The translations under genes and the position numbers were made by a program. This document shows, piece by piece, positions 40,036-49,939 of a DNA stretch of 64,000 nucleotides. Numbering within the stretch: the first letter of the stretch is position 1; every line of letters begins with the position of its first letter. The notes beneath the pieces were generated by a model. It was given only the letters and a program-made list of their open reading frames with translations, was not told where the DNA came from and ran no database searches. Origin of the DNA: a candidate division WOR-3 bacterium (GTDB lineage Bacteria > Hydrothermota > Hydrothermia > JBDRYB01); the NCBI GenBank assembly GCA_039803205.1, contig JBDRYB010000001.1, forward strand, positions 1-64,000, in the 5' to 3' direction.

Positions 40036-40944
40036 CTAGTACCCCACCATTTCCAGAAAGCAATAGCCCCTCTTGTTCCCTTTGGTTATCCGACAAGCGC
40101 CCTCCCATATGAGAGGCCCGCGCATCATCCTGAAGAACTGATCCCTCACAATAGCCTCTGTTGTTAATTCAATATCCGGATCCGGAACCGAGATGTGCCA
40201 GGAAAGGGGGCATCTTCCGGTGGAATCACCCGCGATCCAATAGTCTCCAAGGGGTTCGGCCTTGAATTTCTTTATTCGCGAGACCTCGCCATTTCTGTCA
40301 ATGTATGTGCCAAAACTGCGATCCTCATCGCGAAACTGCCAAAGCATCATCTCGGTGGTGTCCTCAAAACGGAACGAGAACCAGGCATACCTGCCCCCGG
40401 TTTCGCCCCACTGGTGATCCATCCAAGCGTCTCCCCGGAGAAAGAGGGTCTCGGCTCCCACGATCATCCTGCCGGAGGAGGCCATCCTAGTATAGGAGTA
40501 ATACCAAGAGGGTTCCTCTCCAATCAGAAACACAGAGCCCTCATTTCCGTGGCTCGCCGGGGGCTTGAGGGCCCGGACATCAAGGGATATGGAAAAACCT
40601 GTGTCCATGAGTCCAAACGAGAAGGCATCTTCTCCAATAGCCTTGAGATAACCCTCTTCTGTTTTTATGTCCAGTGCAAGAGAAGGGTTTTCCGGAACCA
40701 GCATGGGAAACGCTCTCGTTTTTCGGAAAACCGTCTCGCCTGTCCCCAGGTTCACCATGCTGAAAACATGAACTTCGGTCTGACTAGCCGGGAAATGAAA
40801 GATTATGAAGCAATACGAATATGAGTTTCCCTGGCTGTCCGTCAGGATCCCGCTGAAATACCACCATTCCTTGAGGACATCCTCATGGGGCGCGTGATCC
40901 TGGGGAAAGATGAAGCCCGCGGCCATAAGAAGGGTGACTAGCAT
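40036..40944 (-). CDS. AttH/CrtC-like lipocalin-fold protein
   Basis: FPQDHAPH...EWWYFSG, AWMDHQWG, WEG motifs. Confidence 0.85.
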   Translation of the reverse strand: MLVTLLMAAGFIFPQDHAPHEDVLKEWWYFSGILTDSQGNSYSYCFIIFHFPASQTEVHVFSMVNLGTGETVFRKTRAFPMLVPENPSLALDIKTEEGYLKAIGEDAFSFGLMDTGFSISLDVRALKPPASHGNEGSVFLIGEEPSWYYSYTRMASSGRMIVGAETLFLRGDAWMDHQWGETGGRYAWFSFRFEDTTEMMLWQFRDEDRSFGTYIDRNGEVSRIKKFKAEPLGDYWIAGDSTGRCPLSWHISVPDPDIELTTEAIVRDQFFRMMRGPLIWEGACRITKGNKRGYCFLEMVGY

Positions 40945-40947
40945 AGG

Positions 40948-42027
40948 CTATTTGCCAAGCTGACCCCACGACGAGACCACCTTCATCCGGAACCTGAGGC
41001 TGTCAGCCTTCGCCTCCTGACCCCTCTCCTCGTAGAGGTAGGCGGCGCGGCCCAATTCCTCACCCGCCTCAGCGTAGCGCTCGGTCTCCAGGTAAAGGAA
41101 AGCAATGAGCTCGTGGAGCCGAGGGTCATTCCTCATTTTCATGGCCTGCCTGTAGTGTTCCTCGGCCATCCCGAACAGGGTCTCGTCCCCCTTTTCCCTG
41201 GCCATGCTCCAAAGGAGGGATGCATATTCCTCGTGTGTTGTGGGGTTATAAGGGTCCTGTTGAAGGGAAAGTATGTAGCAGTTTTCAGCCTCCTTGTAGT
41301 TCCCCATAGCCCATGAACACCTCGCCATCTCCCTGAGCCCAGAGGGATCAAGCCTGTATGCCTCAAATGCCTGATCAAAGGAAACAGGGGCGTTATCTCG
41401 CGAACAAGCAATGAGCGCGCTTATTGGTTCTGGTTCAACCACATAAGCTACCCCGCTCCTTCCTGTGGCTGTTATCATTCCGACCACAACCCTCTGAGGA
41501 CCGTATATGGGATCGCTGATGAGGGGCGAGCCGCTGTATCCGGGAACAGGCCCAGCTGAGATAACGAGGTTTCTCACCCCATCGCTCCAGGTCTCTTCCC
41601 TCAGAAAATCCAAACGCAGGGGCCTGAGGACAAATGAGCCCTGATTCCTGGCTCCCCAGGGATATGGAACGACCACCCCTGAGAGCCTGGCCTGATTACT
41701 GGTCCCAATGGCAAGAAGGTTTCTCGTCGTATCCTTGACCGAGAGCAGACATATGTCGTTTTTTGGGTCCATTCCGAGAAGGCCCACTACTGGTATGCTA
41801 TTTCCATCCCTTTTAAGGATGCGGATCTGCTTGATCCTGTCTTTTGGGCTCTGCGGGAACACTACATGACAACAAGTTGCTACCACGCCCCTGTCCACGA
41901 AAAACCCGGTTCCGCGGCAGCTCCCGGATGCGAATTCTGCCTCTACGCCGACAACAGCCATGGTATCCACGCTTTCTAAATACCAAGGCACGCTCCCCAC
42001 TAAGAGGACGGCGAGAAGCATGCTCAT
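40948..42027 (-). CDS. Trypsin-like serine protease with C-terminal TPRs
   Basis: GTGFFV, TCCHV, DICLL, PGYSGSP triad motifs. Confidence 0.82.
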   Translation of the reverse strand: MSMLLAVLLVGSVPWYLESVDTMAVVGVEAEFASGSCRGTGFFVDRGVVATCCHVVFPQSPKDRIKQIRILKRDGNSIPVVGLLGMDPKNDICLLSVKDTTRNLLAIGTSNQARLSGVVVPYPWGARNQGSFVLRPLRLDFLREETWSDGVRNLVISAGPVPGYSGSPLISDPIYGPQRVVVGMITATGRSGVAYVVEPEPISALIACSRDNAPVSFDQAFEAYRLDPSGLREMARCSWAMGNYKEAENCYILSLQQDPYNPTTHEEYASLLWSMAREKGDETLFGMAEEHYRQAMKMRNDPRLHELIAFLYLETERYAEAGEELGRAAYLYEERGQEAKADSLRFRMKVVSSWGQLGK

Positions 42028-42093
42028 ATTCTAAGGGAAACACTGTCCGCGATCAAGTTGGAATCCCCCTGGGTTCCGGGTTATAATCTCAGC

Positions 42094-42615
42094 ATGCCAC
42101 TTATCCTGCCGTTCGAGGGAAAGTCTCCGAGGATCCGGGATGCCATATTCATAGCAGAGACAGCGGTTATCACCGGGGATGTTGAGCTCGGACCCGGAAC
42201 ATCCGTGTGGTATGGAGCGATCCTGAGGGGCGACACGAACAGCATAAGGATAGGGGAAAACACGAACATCCAGGACCTCTGCGTGCTCCACGGGGATGCT
42301 GATTGGCCTGTTAAGGTAGGCAAGAGGGTGACGATAGGCCATGGCGCGATAGTCCACGGTTGCGAAATAGGGGATGACTGCCTTATCGGCATGGCCTCAG
42401 TGATAATGAACGGCTGTGTTGTCGGCCCTGAAAGCATAATAGCGGGCGGGACGGTTCTCACCCCAGGGAGCCAGATACCTCCGAGGAGCCTGGTTGCTGG
42501 GGTTCCCGGTAAAGTAAAACGAGAGCTCAGCCAGGAGGAGATTGACGGGCTCATCCGTCACTCCTGGGAGGTGTATGTGGAGCTGGCACACAGGAACAGG
42601 AAGGGGAGTATTTGA
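42094..42615 (+). CDS. Gamma carbonic anhydrase family protein
   Basis: Hexapeptide repeats, LRGD, NIQD..VLH, IGHGAIVHG. Confidence 0.93.
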   Translation: MPLILPFEGKSPRIRDAIFIAETAVITGDVELGPGTSVWYGAILRGDTNSIRIGENTNIQDLCVLHGDADWPVKVGKRVTIGHGAIVHGCEIGDDCLIGMASVIMNGCVVGPESIIAGGTVLTPGSQIPPRSLVAGVPGKVKRELSQEEIDGLIRHSWEVYVELAHRNRKGSI

Positions 42616-43706
42616 GCGCTTTACTCGCTTTAGGGATCACAGCCGGGGGCGGAAGGATAACCCTCCCTCCTGTGATTGTCATGGTTCCATTATCAGGAGA
42701 GGTAGCCCCCTTAGGTGAGGAGTTCCTGAGGGGATGGAGAATGGCAGTGGGGGATGCCCTGAACTATGAGGTCGTTGACACATATGCATCCCCGGACTCC
42801 GTGCTCAAGATCCTCAACATTTTGGCTGGTAGCGATGGAGCATCGCTGATCGTGGGGCCGTTGCTCTCGGTGACATCCCTGCCGGCCGCTGATTTCGCCA
42901 TGCGCAACCGCATCCCCATACTCCTGCCCACGGCAACTGACCTCAGGTTGGGGACTTTCGGCAGTTATGTCTTTCCCTTCAATTACAATCTGTTCCTTGA
43001 AACCGCATACATAATGGAAGTGATGAGCGAACGCATGAGCAGGTCCGATTGGCTAATACTTTACACGGACATGGCCGAGGACAGGGCGATAACAGGATGG
43101 TTCATCTCCCAATCAACGGAGTTCGGCATAGGCATCATGGATACCCTCGTGTATTCGGAAACCGAGATGGTGTATGATGGGCTTTCAAAGGCAGTGGTTG
43201 GGAAGAATCCAAAGGTAGTCTTCGCCCCTAGGGGCTCAAGGGCCTCCGCCCTGTTATTTCTTTCCCTGAGGAAGCGCGGCCTAAAGTGCCCTGTTGTGGG
43301 CCTTGATGGATGGCTTTCTCCGGATGTGGCGGAGATAGTTTCTGGCGCTATGGGAGGGCTTTATGTGGTTGGGCCAGAAAGGGGGGATTTCATGGCCAGG
43401 GCCCTTGCCCAGGCGCACAGGGAGGACTTTGAGGAAAGATACAGGGCTGAGTCTGGTTCGCCTCCCTCAGAGGTTGCGGGGAGGGGCTACGATGCTGGCT
43501 GTATAGCAAAGGAGGTCTGCTTTGACAATCCGGACAGGGAAACCGTGAAAAGGAGGCTTTTGCTCATGGGAGTCTACAAGGGGGTCACGGGGGACATAAT
43601 GCTCTCAAAGGACCCCAGGCTCCTGGCTGTATATACCCTGAAAAAGGGTGGATTCAAAAAGGAAGAAAGCTATGGCAAAGAAGAAGAAAAAAAAGGAAAG
43701 CCTTGA
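42612..43706 (+). CDS. Type 1 periplasmic-binding fold protein (LivJ/LpoA-like)
   Basis: PLSG...G, IVGPLLS, GYDA, GVTG motifs. Confidence 0.75.
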   Translation: MSALLALGITAGGGRITLPPVIVMVPLSGEVAPLGEEFLRGWRMAVGDALNYEVVDTYASPDSVLKILNILAGSDGASLIVGPLLSVTSLPAADFAMRNRIPILLPTATDLRLGTFGSYVFPFNYNLFLETAYIMEVMSERMSRSDWLILYTDMAEDRAITGWFISQSTEFGIGIMDTLVYSETEMVYDGLSKAVVGKNPKVVFAPRGSRASALLFLSLRKRGLKCPVVGLDGWLSPDVAEIVSGAMGGLYVVGPERGDFMARALAQAHREDFEERYRAESGSPPSEVAGRGYDAGCIAKEVCFDNPDRETVKRRLLLMGVYKGVTGDIMLSKDPRLLAVYTLKKGGFKKEESYGKEEEKKGKP

Positions 43707-44094
43707 GGAGAGGCTGAGAAGGGCCGCGGCCAAGGAGAAGACCGAGGAACCAAAGCTAAAGGTGCCATCCAAGGTCGCTGAGGAAAGGGCCGCGATGGGC
43801 GGCGTGAAGCTCAGACGGCCAACGAGGTTATCCCAGGAACCCGTCGTGAAGACCGAGACGCCCTTTGGGCCCCTGAATTGGTGGCTCCTCGCCGGAGGCG
43901 TGATCCTGGCCGCTGTCGGGTTCGTGTTCCTGTATCTCGGTGATACCATAATCTCAACGACCCTGCTGGTCATGGGCTACTGCGTTGTTATACCCGTAGC
44001 GCTCTTAATCAGTCCCAATATACTCAAGAGGAAGCCGAAGGAAGAAGGCGAGACCGCCCAAGGGCCTGAGACACAAGAGGGGGACAAGGGCTAG
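43672..44094 (+). CDS. Small membrane protein (DUF3098-like)
   Basis: Basic N-terminus, PFG..NW, two TM helices. Confidence 0.55.
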   Translation: MAKKKKKKESLEERLRRAAAKEKTEEPKLKVPSKVAEERAAMGGVKLRRPTRLSQEPVVKTETPFGPLNWWLLAGGVILAAVGFVFLYLGDTIISTTLLVMGYCVVIPVALLISPNILKRKPKEEGETAQGPETQEGDKG

Positions 44095-44193
44095 CGCGAA
44101 CCGGACGAGGCTGTTTGGGGTTTCTGGGTATTAACTATGGCCTAATCAACTGATGGCCTGGCTCTTGAAAGAGTGGCCGCGGGACTCGTAAAG

Positions 44194-45003
44194 TCATTTC
44201 CTTATAAGCTTATTCAACAATTCTTCGCCTCTGGTAGTTCCAACCTCACGAAATACATCCAAAACAGCTTCGTAAGAACCTTCACCACCAATAAAATCCC
44301 AGAATTCTTTGCCAATTAATATCTCATTATTCAGATCAAATAAAGAGAGGGTAAATCCCCACTTATAATTCACCTTTTCTTCGCCCCAGGGATTATAGGG
44401 GAAGCAAAATTTATAAACTCCATTCGGACCAATACCTGCTATAAAATAAAGGAACTTTTCTTTAGTTTGTGAACAAACATCCTTATTTGGCTCCGGACTT
44501 TTTATCTCAAAAAAGTATTTTTTATCATTTTTATCCTCCAAATAAAGATCAGCTCTCAACAGAATCTCTTGACCTTCACTAGAAGAAGGCTCCAACCGAG
44601 GCAAGGGGGGTGGCGGATAGGGTCTCTCCTTCTTCCTTTTTACATTTTCTATAAAGGTAGCAATTGATTCCTTTATCCTATTATTTGTAGGAATTGCAAG
44701 GGTATAGTTTCGTTCCACCTTAACCCAAAAAGTATTATCGCTAGCTATAAGTTGTGCAATGTACTCAAATACCCCTTGCCCCAATGAAGTGTCAAACGAT
44801 CTGAAAAAGCTATGAAGTCTAAGAAAGTGGGGAGGAAGCAAAGCGGTGTGGAATGGCTTATATTTTCCTTTTTTAGGATCTAACCATACCTGTTTTATAA
44901 CAGCATTTTTCACAACATCCGGATCATACTTATTGACCAGACCTTGCAAAAATCCTTCTAGATATCCGATTATATTCTTTCGCGTAGTATCTTTTAGTTT
45001 CAT
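44194..45003 (-). CDS. Type II restriction endonuclease, TdeIII-like
   Basis: PFH.AL, RSFDTSLG..FE, ADL...EIKSP.PN, PYNP.G, IG.EFWDFIGG; AT-rich. Confidence 0.85.
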   Translation of the reverse strand: MKLKDTTRKNIIGYLEGFLQGLVNKYDPDVVKNAVIKQVWLDPKKGKYKPFHTALLPPHFLRLHSFFRSFDTSLGQGVFEYIAQLIASDNTFWVKVERNYTLAIPTNNRIKESIATFIENVKRKKERPYPPPPLPRLEPSSSEGQEILLRADLYLEDKNDKKYFFEIKSPEPNKDVCSQTKEKFLYFIAGIGPNGVYKFCFPYNPWGEEKVNYKWGFTLSLFDLNNEILIGKEFWDFIGGEGSYEAVLDVFREVGTTRGEELLNKLIRK

Positions 45004-46370
45004 TCTTTGTATCCTTTCTGTAGAAATAAAACATATTCATATCTAAGTTTCGCAAACCCCCCCAGAATTGGCCTTCTCATAGCATAGACATCAGAAAAGC
45101 CTATTTCTGGAGCCCAGCTCTCTATCTTTTGACAAAAGTCGGTTCTTTTCCCGTCCACCACTACATCTCCCAATACTATGGCGGCCCATGCTCCTGGTTT
45201 CAGAACCCGGTGCATCTCTTCAACGCTTTTTCTAATGTCCTCCTCGTAGAACAATAATTTTTTATCTTTACCCCCCCTTAGACCCACCATTTGCTCTCTT
45301 AGCGGCGAGGTATCTATGCCCAAATAAGTAAGCAAGTGAAAGTCATTCTTCACATAGTCCAGGGCAATACTGTAAGGTGGGGAGGTTATTATTCCCGTTA
45401 TGCTGTTGTCAGTGACCGGAAGGGCCATGGCCGAAGCAAGCTTTATCTCCGGTGCTTTAGGTTCCAGATTTAATTTCTTTAGAGTGAAATAGGTTCCCTT
45501 TATTGTCTGAAGGTATTCCGAAAGATTGATCAGGAAGAACTTTTCAAAAGACTTTTCTTTGGCTGTGCCCTTTAGATAAGTATAATCGGACAGGGCATGT
45601 AGATATGCTAACAGCAGGAAATTCCTTATCTCAAAAGGTAGTTCTTTGATTTGAGAAGAGGGAAAACGAAATTCCCAGACATAATCAAGAATTTCTTTGG
45701 CATCAACCGGTTCGCTTTCGGGTAAGAATTTCTTGGTTTCAAGCTTTGCCGTCTTAAAGTATTCAAATATTCGTAACGGGGAACCTATCTGGTTTATCGC
45801 GCTGTTCAGCTCATCATAGTTAATTCTCAGAGAATCTGTTTTTATTTGGGACACAATGCAAAGCGCAGGATTAATGTCTATCCCCAGTCCACCGGTTCTG
45901 AGGAGCGCTGTTTCCACAAGGGTGGTTCCTGATCCCAAAAACGGATCAAGGATGATATCCTCCTCGCCGGCGCCCATGAAGTTTATTATAGCCTTGATCA
46001 TCTGGCCGTGAAACTTGCCCTTGTAAGGGTAGAACCAGTGGGTCATGTATTGATTGCTATTTCCTATCTGACCCTTACCCCTTACTTTGGCTATTGAGGA
46101 GTGATAGCTGGGTTTCCCATCTACTATTTCAAAGTATGCTGACCTTTTCCGGAAGAGATCAAGGTCCTTCCCTAAGGTGGAGAACTCCATCCTTGCCAAT
46201 TGAAGCTCATAAATCTGGCCAGCATCATCAAAGAGTTTGAAGCCGTTTCCGGGAAGGATGCCGCCAGTAGCCCAGGAAACAGGATCTATGGATTCTCCAA
46301 GAACACTCCGTAGAGAGACGGCATTCTCTTCTGTTTTTACTGGAAACAAGGCCTTTGCCTTCACCTTCAT
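45000..46370 (-). CDS. Amino-DNA methyltransferase (motif I before SPPY)
   Basis: THWFYPYKGKF, DPFLGSGTT, TSPPY; start uncertain (46370 or 46409). Confidence 0.88.
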   Translation of the reverse strand: MKVKAKALFPVKTEENAVSLRSVLGESIDPVSWATGGILPGNGFKLFDDAGQIYELQLARMEFSTLGKDLDLFRKRSAYFEIVDGKPSYHSSIAKVRGKGQIGNSNQYMTHWFYPYKGKFHGQMIKAIINFMGAGEEDIILDPFLGSGTTLVETALLRTGGLGIDINPALCIVSQIKTDSLRINYDELNSAINQIGSPLRIFEYFKTAKLETKKFLPESEPVDAKEILDYVWEFRFPSSQIKELPFEIRNFLLLAYLHALSDYTYLKGTAKEKSFEKFFLINLSEYLQTIKGTYFTLKKLNLEPKAPEIKLASAMALPVTDNSITGIITSPPYSIALDYVKNDFHLLTYLGIDTSPLREQMVGLRGGKDKKLLFYEEDIRKSVEEMHRVLKPGAWAAIVLGDVVVDGKRTDFCQKIESWAPEIGFSDVYAMRRPILGGFAKLRYEYVLFLQKGYKE

Positions 46371-46386
46371 ATTATACACCTCCCCT

Positions 46387-46638
46387 TCATTCCCTCTCCT
46401 CCATCTCATACCAGAACCTCTCTATTACCGGATTGGTGAGGAGTCTGCGGGACACATCCTCTATCTGAGCGCGCGCTGAGGCCTCGTCCGGAGCCTCAAG
46501 CGAAAACCGAACTATCTTTCCAACGCGCCCCTCTGAGACCGAAAGCCCAAGCCGCCTCATCGCGGCCTCAACAGCCATGCCCTGTGGATCTCTGAGATCG
46601 TCGTGGGGCAGAATGAAGACATGAACCAGGTATCTCAT
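46387..46638 (-). CDS. purS: FGAM synthase subunit PurS
   Basis: DPQG, R.GK, LL.NPVIE. Confidence 0.95.
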   Translation of the reverse strand: MRYLVHVFILPHDDLRDPQGMAVEAAMRRLGLSVSEGRVGKIVRFSLEAPDEASARAQIEDVSRRLLTNPVIERFWYEMEERE

Positions 46639-47327
46639 TCCAATCTCCTAGCGACCTCTCTGTAGGTCTCAAGCACATCCCCCTTGTCCTCCCTGAAGAC
46701 ATCCTTGTCCAGGCTCTCACCATCAGGCGTCCATAAGCGCATGGTATCAGGGCTTATCTCATCAGCAAGATAAAGCTTTCCATCATCGCCCACACCGAAC
46801 TCAAACTTCATGTCCACGAGCTCAAGCCCTTTCTGAGCGAAAAGCCCCTTGAGGGCTATCCCTGCATCCAAGGCAATCTTCTGCATCTCCTGCACTTGCT
46901 CCTCGTCAGCGATGCCGAGAGCGAGAACGGTCATTGGGCATATCAGTGGGTCATGGAGGGAATCGTCCTTCAGGGTAAATTCCACGAGGGGGATCTCCAA
47001 GCGTCTCCCCCTTTCAATCCCATAACGCTTGCAGAGGGAGCCAGCGGCCCTGAAGCGAACCAGAACCTCAAGGGGTATTATCCTCACTCGGCGTGCCAGG
47101 AAGCTGGTGGCTGATAGTTGACCGAGGAAATGCGTCCTTATGCCCTTGCTCTCCAAGAACTGGAAGAGTTTGACGGATATTCCGCAATTCAAGGCTCCCT
47201 TTCCCTCAACGGTTGCCCTTTTCAGGGCGTCAAAAGCGGTTAAAGAATCCTTGAAATGGATTATAACCCTGCCTGGCTCATCAGCCTCGTATACCTGTTT
47301 TGCTTTGCCCTCGTGGAGGAGCTTCAT
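46635..47327 (-). CDS. purC: SAICAR synthase
   Basis: EGKAKQVY, D.KFEFG, LADEISPDT.RLW, LDKDVFR; start at ATG 47327. Confidence 0.97.
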   Translation of the reverse strand: MKLLHEGKAKQVYEADEPGRVIIHFKDSLTAFDALKRATVEGKGALNCGISVKLFQFLESKGIRTHFLGQLSATSFLARRVRIIPLEVLVRFRAAGSLCKRYGIERGRRLEIPLVEFTLKDDSLHDPLICPMTVLALGIADEEQVQEMQKIALDAGIALKGLFAQKGLELVDMKFEFGVGDDGKLYLADEISPDTMRLWTPDGESLDKDVFREDKGDVLETYREVARRLE

Positions 47328-47340
47328 GCTGAGATTATAA

Positions 47341-47372
47341 CGGTTGCCGGTTGCCGGTTGCCAGTTGCCGGT
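47341..47372. repeat. Heptamer tandem repeat (CGGTTGC) x4.5
   Basis: CGGTTGC CGGTTGC CGGTTGC CAGTTGC CGGT. Confidence 0.9.
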
Positions 47373-47483
47373 CAACTTGAAACAAGTAGGTATTGGCCGG
47401 CTCTTTAACTCAATCGGAGGTAAGGTTTTGGCGCGAAGGCGCGCGATTGATCCTTCTTTGACCCTTGCCTTATAATTTACGCA

Positions 47484-47819
47484 ATGCGTAAAAAAATCAG
47501 GCTCATCCACAGGTATTCAAACAGGAAGATGTATGACACGGCAGGGAAAGCCTTCATAACCCTGGGACAGGTCCTGAGGATGATCGCCCAGGGCATAAGG
47601 GTCAAGGTCATAGACAAGGTCTCGGGGATTGATGTGACCAACCTAATAAGGATAAGGGCAATAGCCAATGAGGCAGAGCGTATCGCCAGAAGGATGTCAT
47701 CGGCGGCCTCCAGGGACGCGATAAAGCTCCAGGAATTAGCCGTGGAGCTCGGAAACCTCATGAGAGAGATGGCGAGGCTCAGTAGAATAGTGAAAAAGGA
47801 GGCGCAGAATGGAAGTTAA
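47484..47819 (+). CDS. PhaR-type DNA-binding domain protein
   Basis: I.RY.NRK.YDT....ITL..V..MI..G..V.VID..SG.DVT. Confidence 0.82.
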   Translation: MRKKIRLIHRYSNRKMYDTAGKAFITLGQVLRMIAQGIRVKVIDKVSGIDVTNLIRIRAIANEAERIARRMSSAASRDAIKLQELAVELGNLMREMARLSRIVKKEAQNGS

Positions 47820-49287
47820 GGCACTATCCCCCAACATATCAAAGCTTCTCAAAGGCGCCAGCGGCCGAGAGATAATAACTAGGCTTTCGGCCCCTGCCTT
47901 CAAAAACAGGGCCGTGAGGAAGGGGCTTCTGCTATACATTAAGTCCCAGATAAACCGAGGGAACTACTCCGCGATCGTTGCGGGGAATAGGCCGCCCGGA
48001 GTCAAAAGGGATGTAGCGTGGGCCGCGTGGGCCTTGTTGAGATCACTAGATAGGGCCATAGAGGACAAAAGGCTCTCTCACAGGTTCGCGGGGAGGCTGG
48101 TTGAGGTTTTTCTGAACAACATGGTGGCAAGCTGGGCCGATAGGGGAGAAATAAGCGGGTTTTTCAAAAACAAGGGGGAGAAAGGCCCGCCCGGTTTCCT
48201 GGTCATCAGCCCCGCTAAGGCGTGCAACCTCAGGTGTCCGGATTGCTACGCGGCCTCAGGCGCAAACCCTGAGAAGCTCAGCGCGCGCGAGTTCCGGAGG
48301 ATAATCACGGAGGCAAAGGAGCTCTGGGGGGTCCGTTTCTTCGTGATCTCCGGCGGAGAACCTTTTCTATGGAGGGACGGGGATACCCGGTTCCTTGATG
48401 TGGTTGAGGAAAACCCCGATTGCTTTTTCATGGTTTATACGAACGGAACCCTGATAGAGGATGAGGTCGCTGACAGGCTCTCAGAGCTCGCTAATCTTAC
48501 CCCGGCAATATCCCTGGAGGGCTTTGAGGAGGAGACGGACAGCAGAAGGGGAAAGGGCACATACGAGAAGGTCCTCGGCGCAATGGCAAGGCTCAGAAAG
48601 AGGGGTATACCCTTCGGAATATCCCTCACTGCTACCAAGAGAAATTACAGGCTTCTGCTTTCTGATGGGTTCCTCAGCGAGTTCTTTGAGCGTCAGGGCG
48701 CGACATACGGTTGGATATTCCAGTATATGCCCATAGGCAGGGATCTGGATCTCTCGCTGATGCCAAGCCCGGAAGAAAGGCTATGGATGTGGAGGCGCGG
48801 GTGGGATGTGATAAGGAAGAAGGGTTATTTCCTGATGGACTTCTGGAACCAGGGAACGGTCTCAGCCGGGTGCATATCTGGCGGAAGGCACACGGGATAC
48901 CTTTACATAGACTGGAACGCTAATGTGTATCCGTGCGTCTTTGTTCCCTATGCCGGCGCGAACCTCAGGGAGATATACGCCAGGGGAGGGACGATAACCG
49001 AGGCTTACGATTCGCCGCTTTTCAGGGCAATAAGGCGATGGCACGACGCTTACGGGTATGGTAAAACAGAGCCCAATAAGCACAAGAACTGGCTCGCGCC
49101 GTGCCTCATAAGGGATCACTTCCGCGTGCTCAAGAGGCTTGTGGAAAGACACGGGGCAAGGCCGGCGGATACGGTGGCCGCTGAGCTCATAAAAAACCCC
49201 GAACACGGGGCATTCATGGAGGAATACGATAGGGTTTTCTCTGAGCTCACTCAACCGATATGGAAAAAGGAATATCTAGGGCCGTAG
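47809..49287 (+). CDS. Radical SAM protein with twitch/SPASM-like C-terminus
   Basis: CNLRCPDC, SGGEP, GCISGG...YPCVF, PCLIRD. Confidence 0.9.
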   Translation: MEVKALSPNISKLLKGASGREIITRLSAPAFKNRAVRKGLLLYIKSQINRGNYSAIVAGNRPPGVKRDVAWAAWALLRSLDRAIEDKRLSHRFAGRLVEVFLNNMVASWADRGEISGFFKNKGEKGPPGFLVISPAKACNLRCPDCYAASGANPEKLSAREFRRIITEAKELWGVRFFVISGGEPFLWRDGDTRFLDVVEENPDCFFMVYTNGTLIEDEVADRLSELANLTPAISLEGFEEETDSRRGKGTYEKVLGAMARLRKRGIPFGISLTATKRNYRLLLSDGFLSEFFERQGATYGWIFQYMPIGRDLDLSLMPSPEERLWMWRRGWDVIRKKGYFLMDFWNQGTVSAGCISGGRHTGYLYIDWNANVYPCVFVPYAGANLREIYARGGTITEAYDSPLFRAIRRWHDAYGYGKTEPNKHKNWLAPCLIRDHFRVLKRLVERHGARPADTVAAELIKNPEHGAFMEEYDRVFSELTQPIWKKEYLGP

Positions 49288-49931
49288 GCCTCGGGGTCTT
49301 CGCAGTAGCAATGGCATACCTTGAGTCCGCCGTAGTTATTTATCTGAGAAGGCTTTATTACCCTGAGGGCTTCTCCTTCCCAATGAAGCTGGCAGATCCG
49401 TTTGTTGCCGCGGTTGAGGTGGGTCGCGAGCTGGCTACCATAATCATGCTCGGGGCCCTTGGTTTTCTCTCAGAAAGAACTCACGCGAGGCGTTTTCTGG
49501 CGTTTCTCTTTGTTTTCGGAATATGGGATATGTTCTATTACCTATGGCTCAAGGTCTTTCTCGGTTGGCCATCTGGTTGGCTTGACTGGGATGTCCTCTT
49601 TCTCTTTCCGGTTCCATGGTTCGCTCCCTGGATAACACCGACCCTCGTTGCTCTCGTCCTCTCATTTGTATCTGGAACCCTGCTGTTGATGGCTCGGAAC
49701 GGCCGGGAAATAAGGATCGGCCTCCCTGAAATCGCCCTTGGGGTCCTCGGGTCCCTCGCATGCCTGTTCTCCTTCACATTTGACGGGTTCAGGCTCGCTC
49801 TCCGCGGCGTTGATGCGATCAGGGCCTTCGTGCCGGTCAGGTTCCTGTGGGAGGCCTATTTGCCGGGGCTCACGCTCATCACGGTAGCTGGTGGGATTGT
49901 CGTTGAGCGAAACCGGGGCTCTGGTGTATAA
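49260..49931 (+). CDS. Conserved hypothetical membrane protein
   Basis: FAVAMAYLESAVVIYLR, RELATIIML, WD.FYY; about 6 TM. Confidence 0.75.
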   Translation: MEKGISRAVGLGVFAVAMAYLESAVVIYLRRLYYPEGFSFPMKLADPFVAAVEVGRELATIIMLGALGFLSERTHARRFLAFLFVFGIWDMFYYLWLKVFLGWPSGWLDWDVLFLFPVPWFAPWITPTLVALVLSFVSGTLLLMARNGREIRIGLPEIALGVLGSLACLFSFTFDGFRLALRGVDAIRAFVPVRFLWEAYLPGLTLITVAGGIVVERNRGSGV

Positions 49932-49939
49932 TATGAGGT

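Noticed and set aside
42031..42357. 108-aa minus-strand ORF upstream of the protease
   Set aside because: Antisense to the gamma carbonic anhydrase gene, no motif support
47328..47510. N-terminal extension of PurC
   Set aside because: Runs through the promoter and heptamer repeat; homology starts at MKLLHEGKAK
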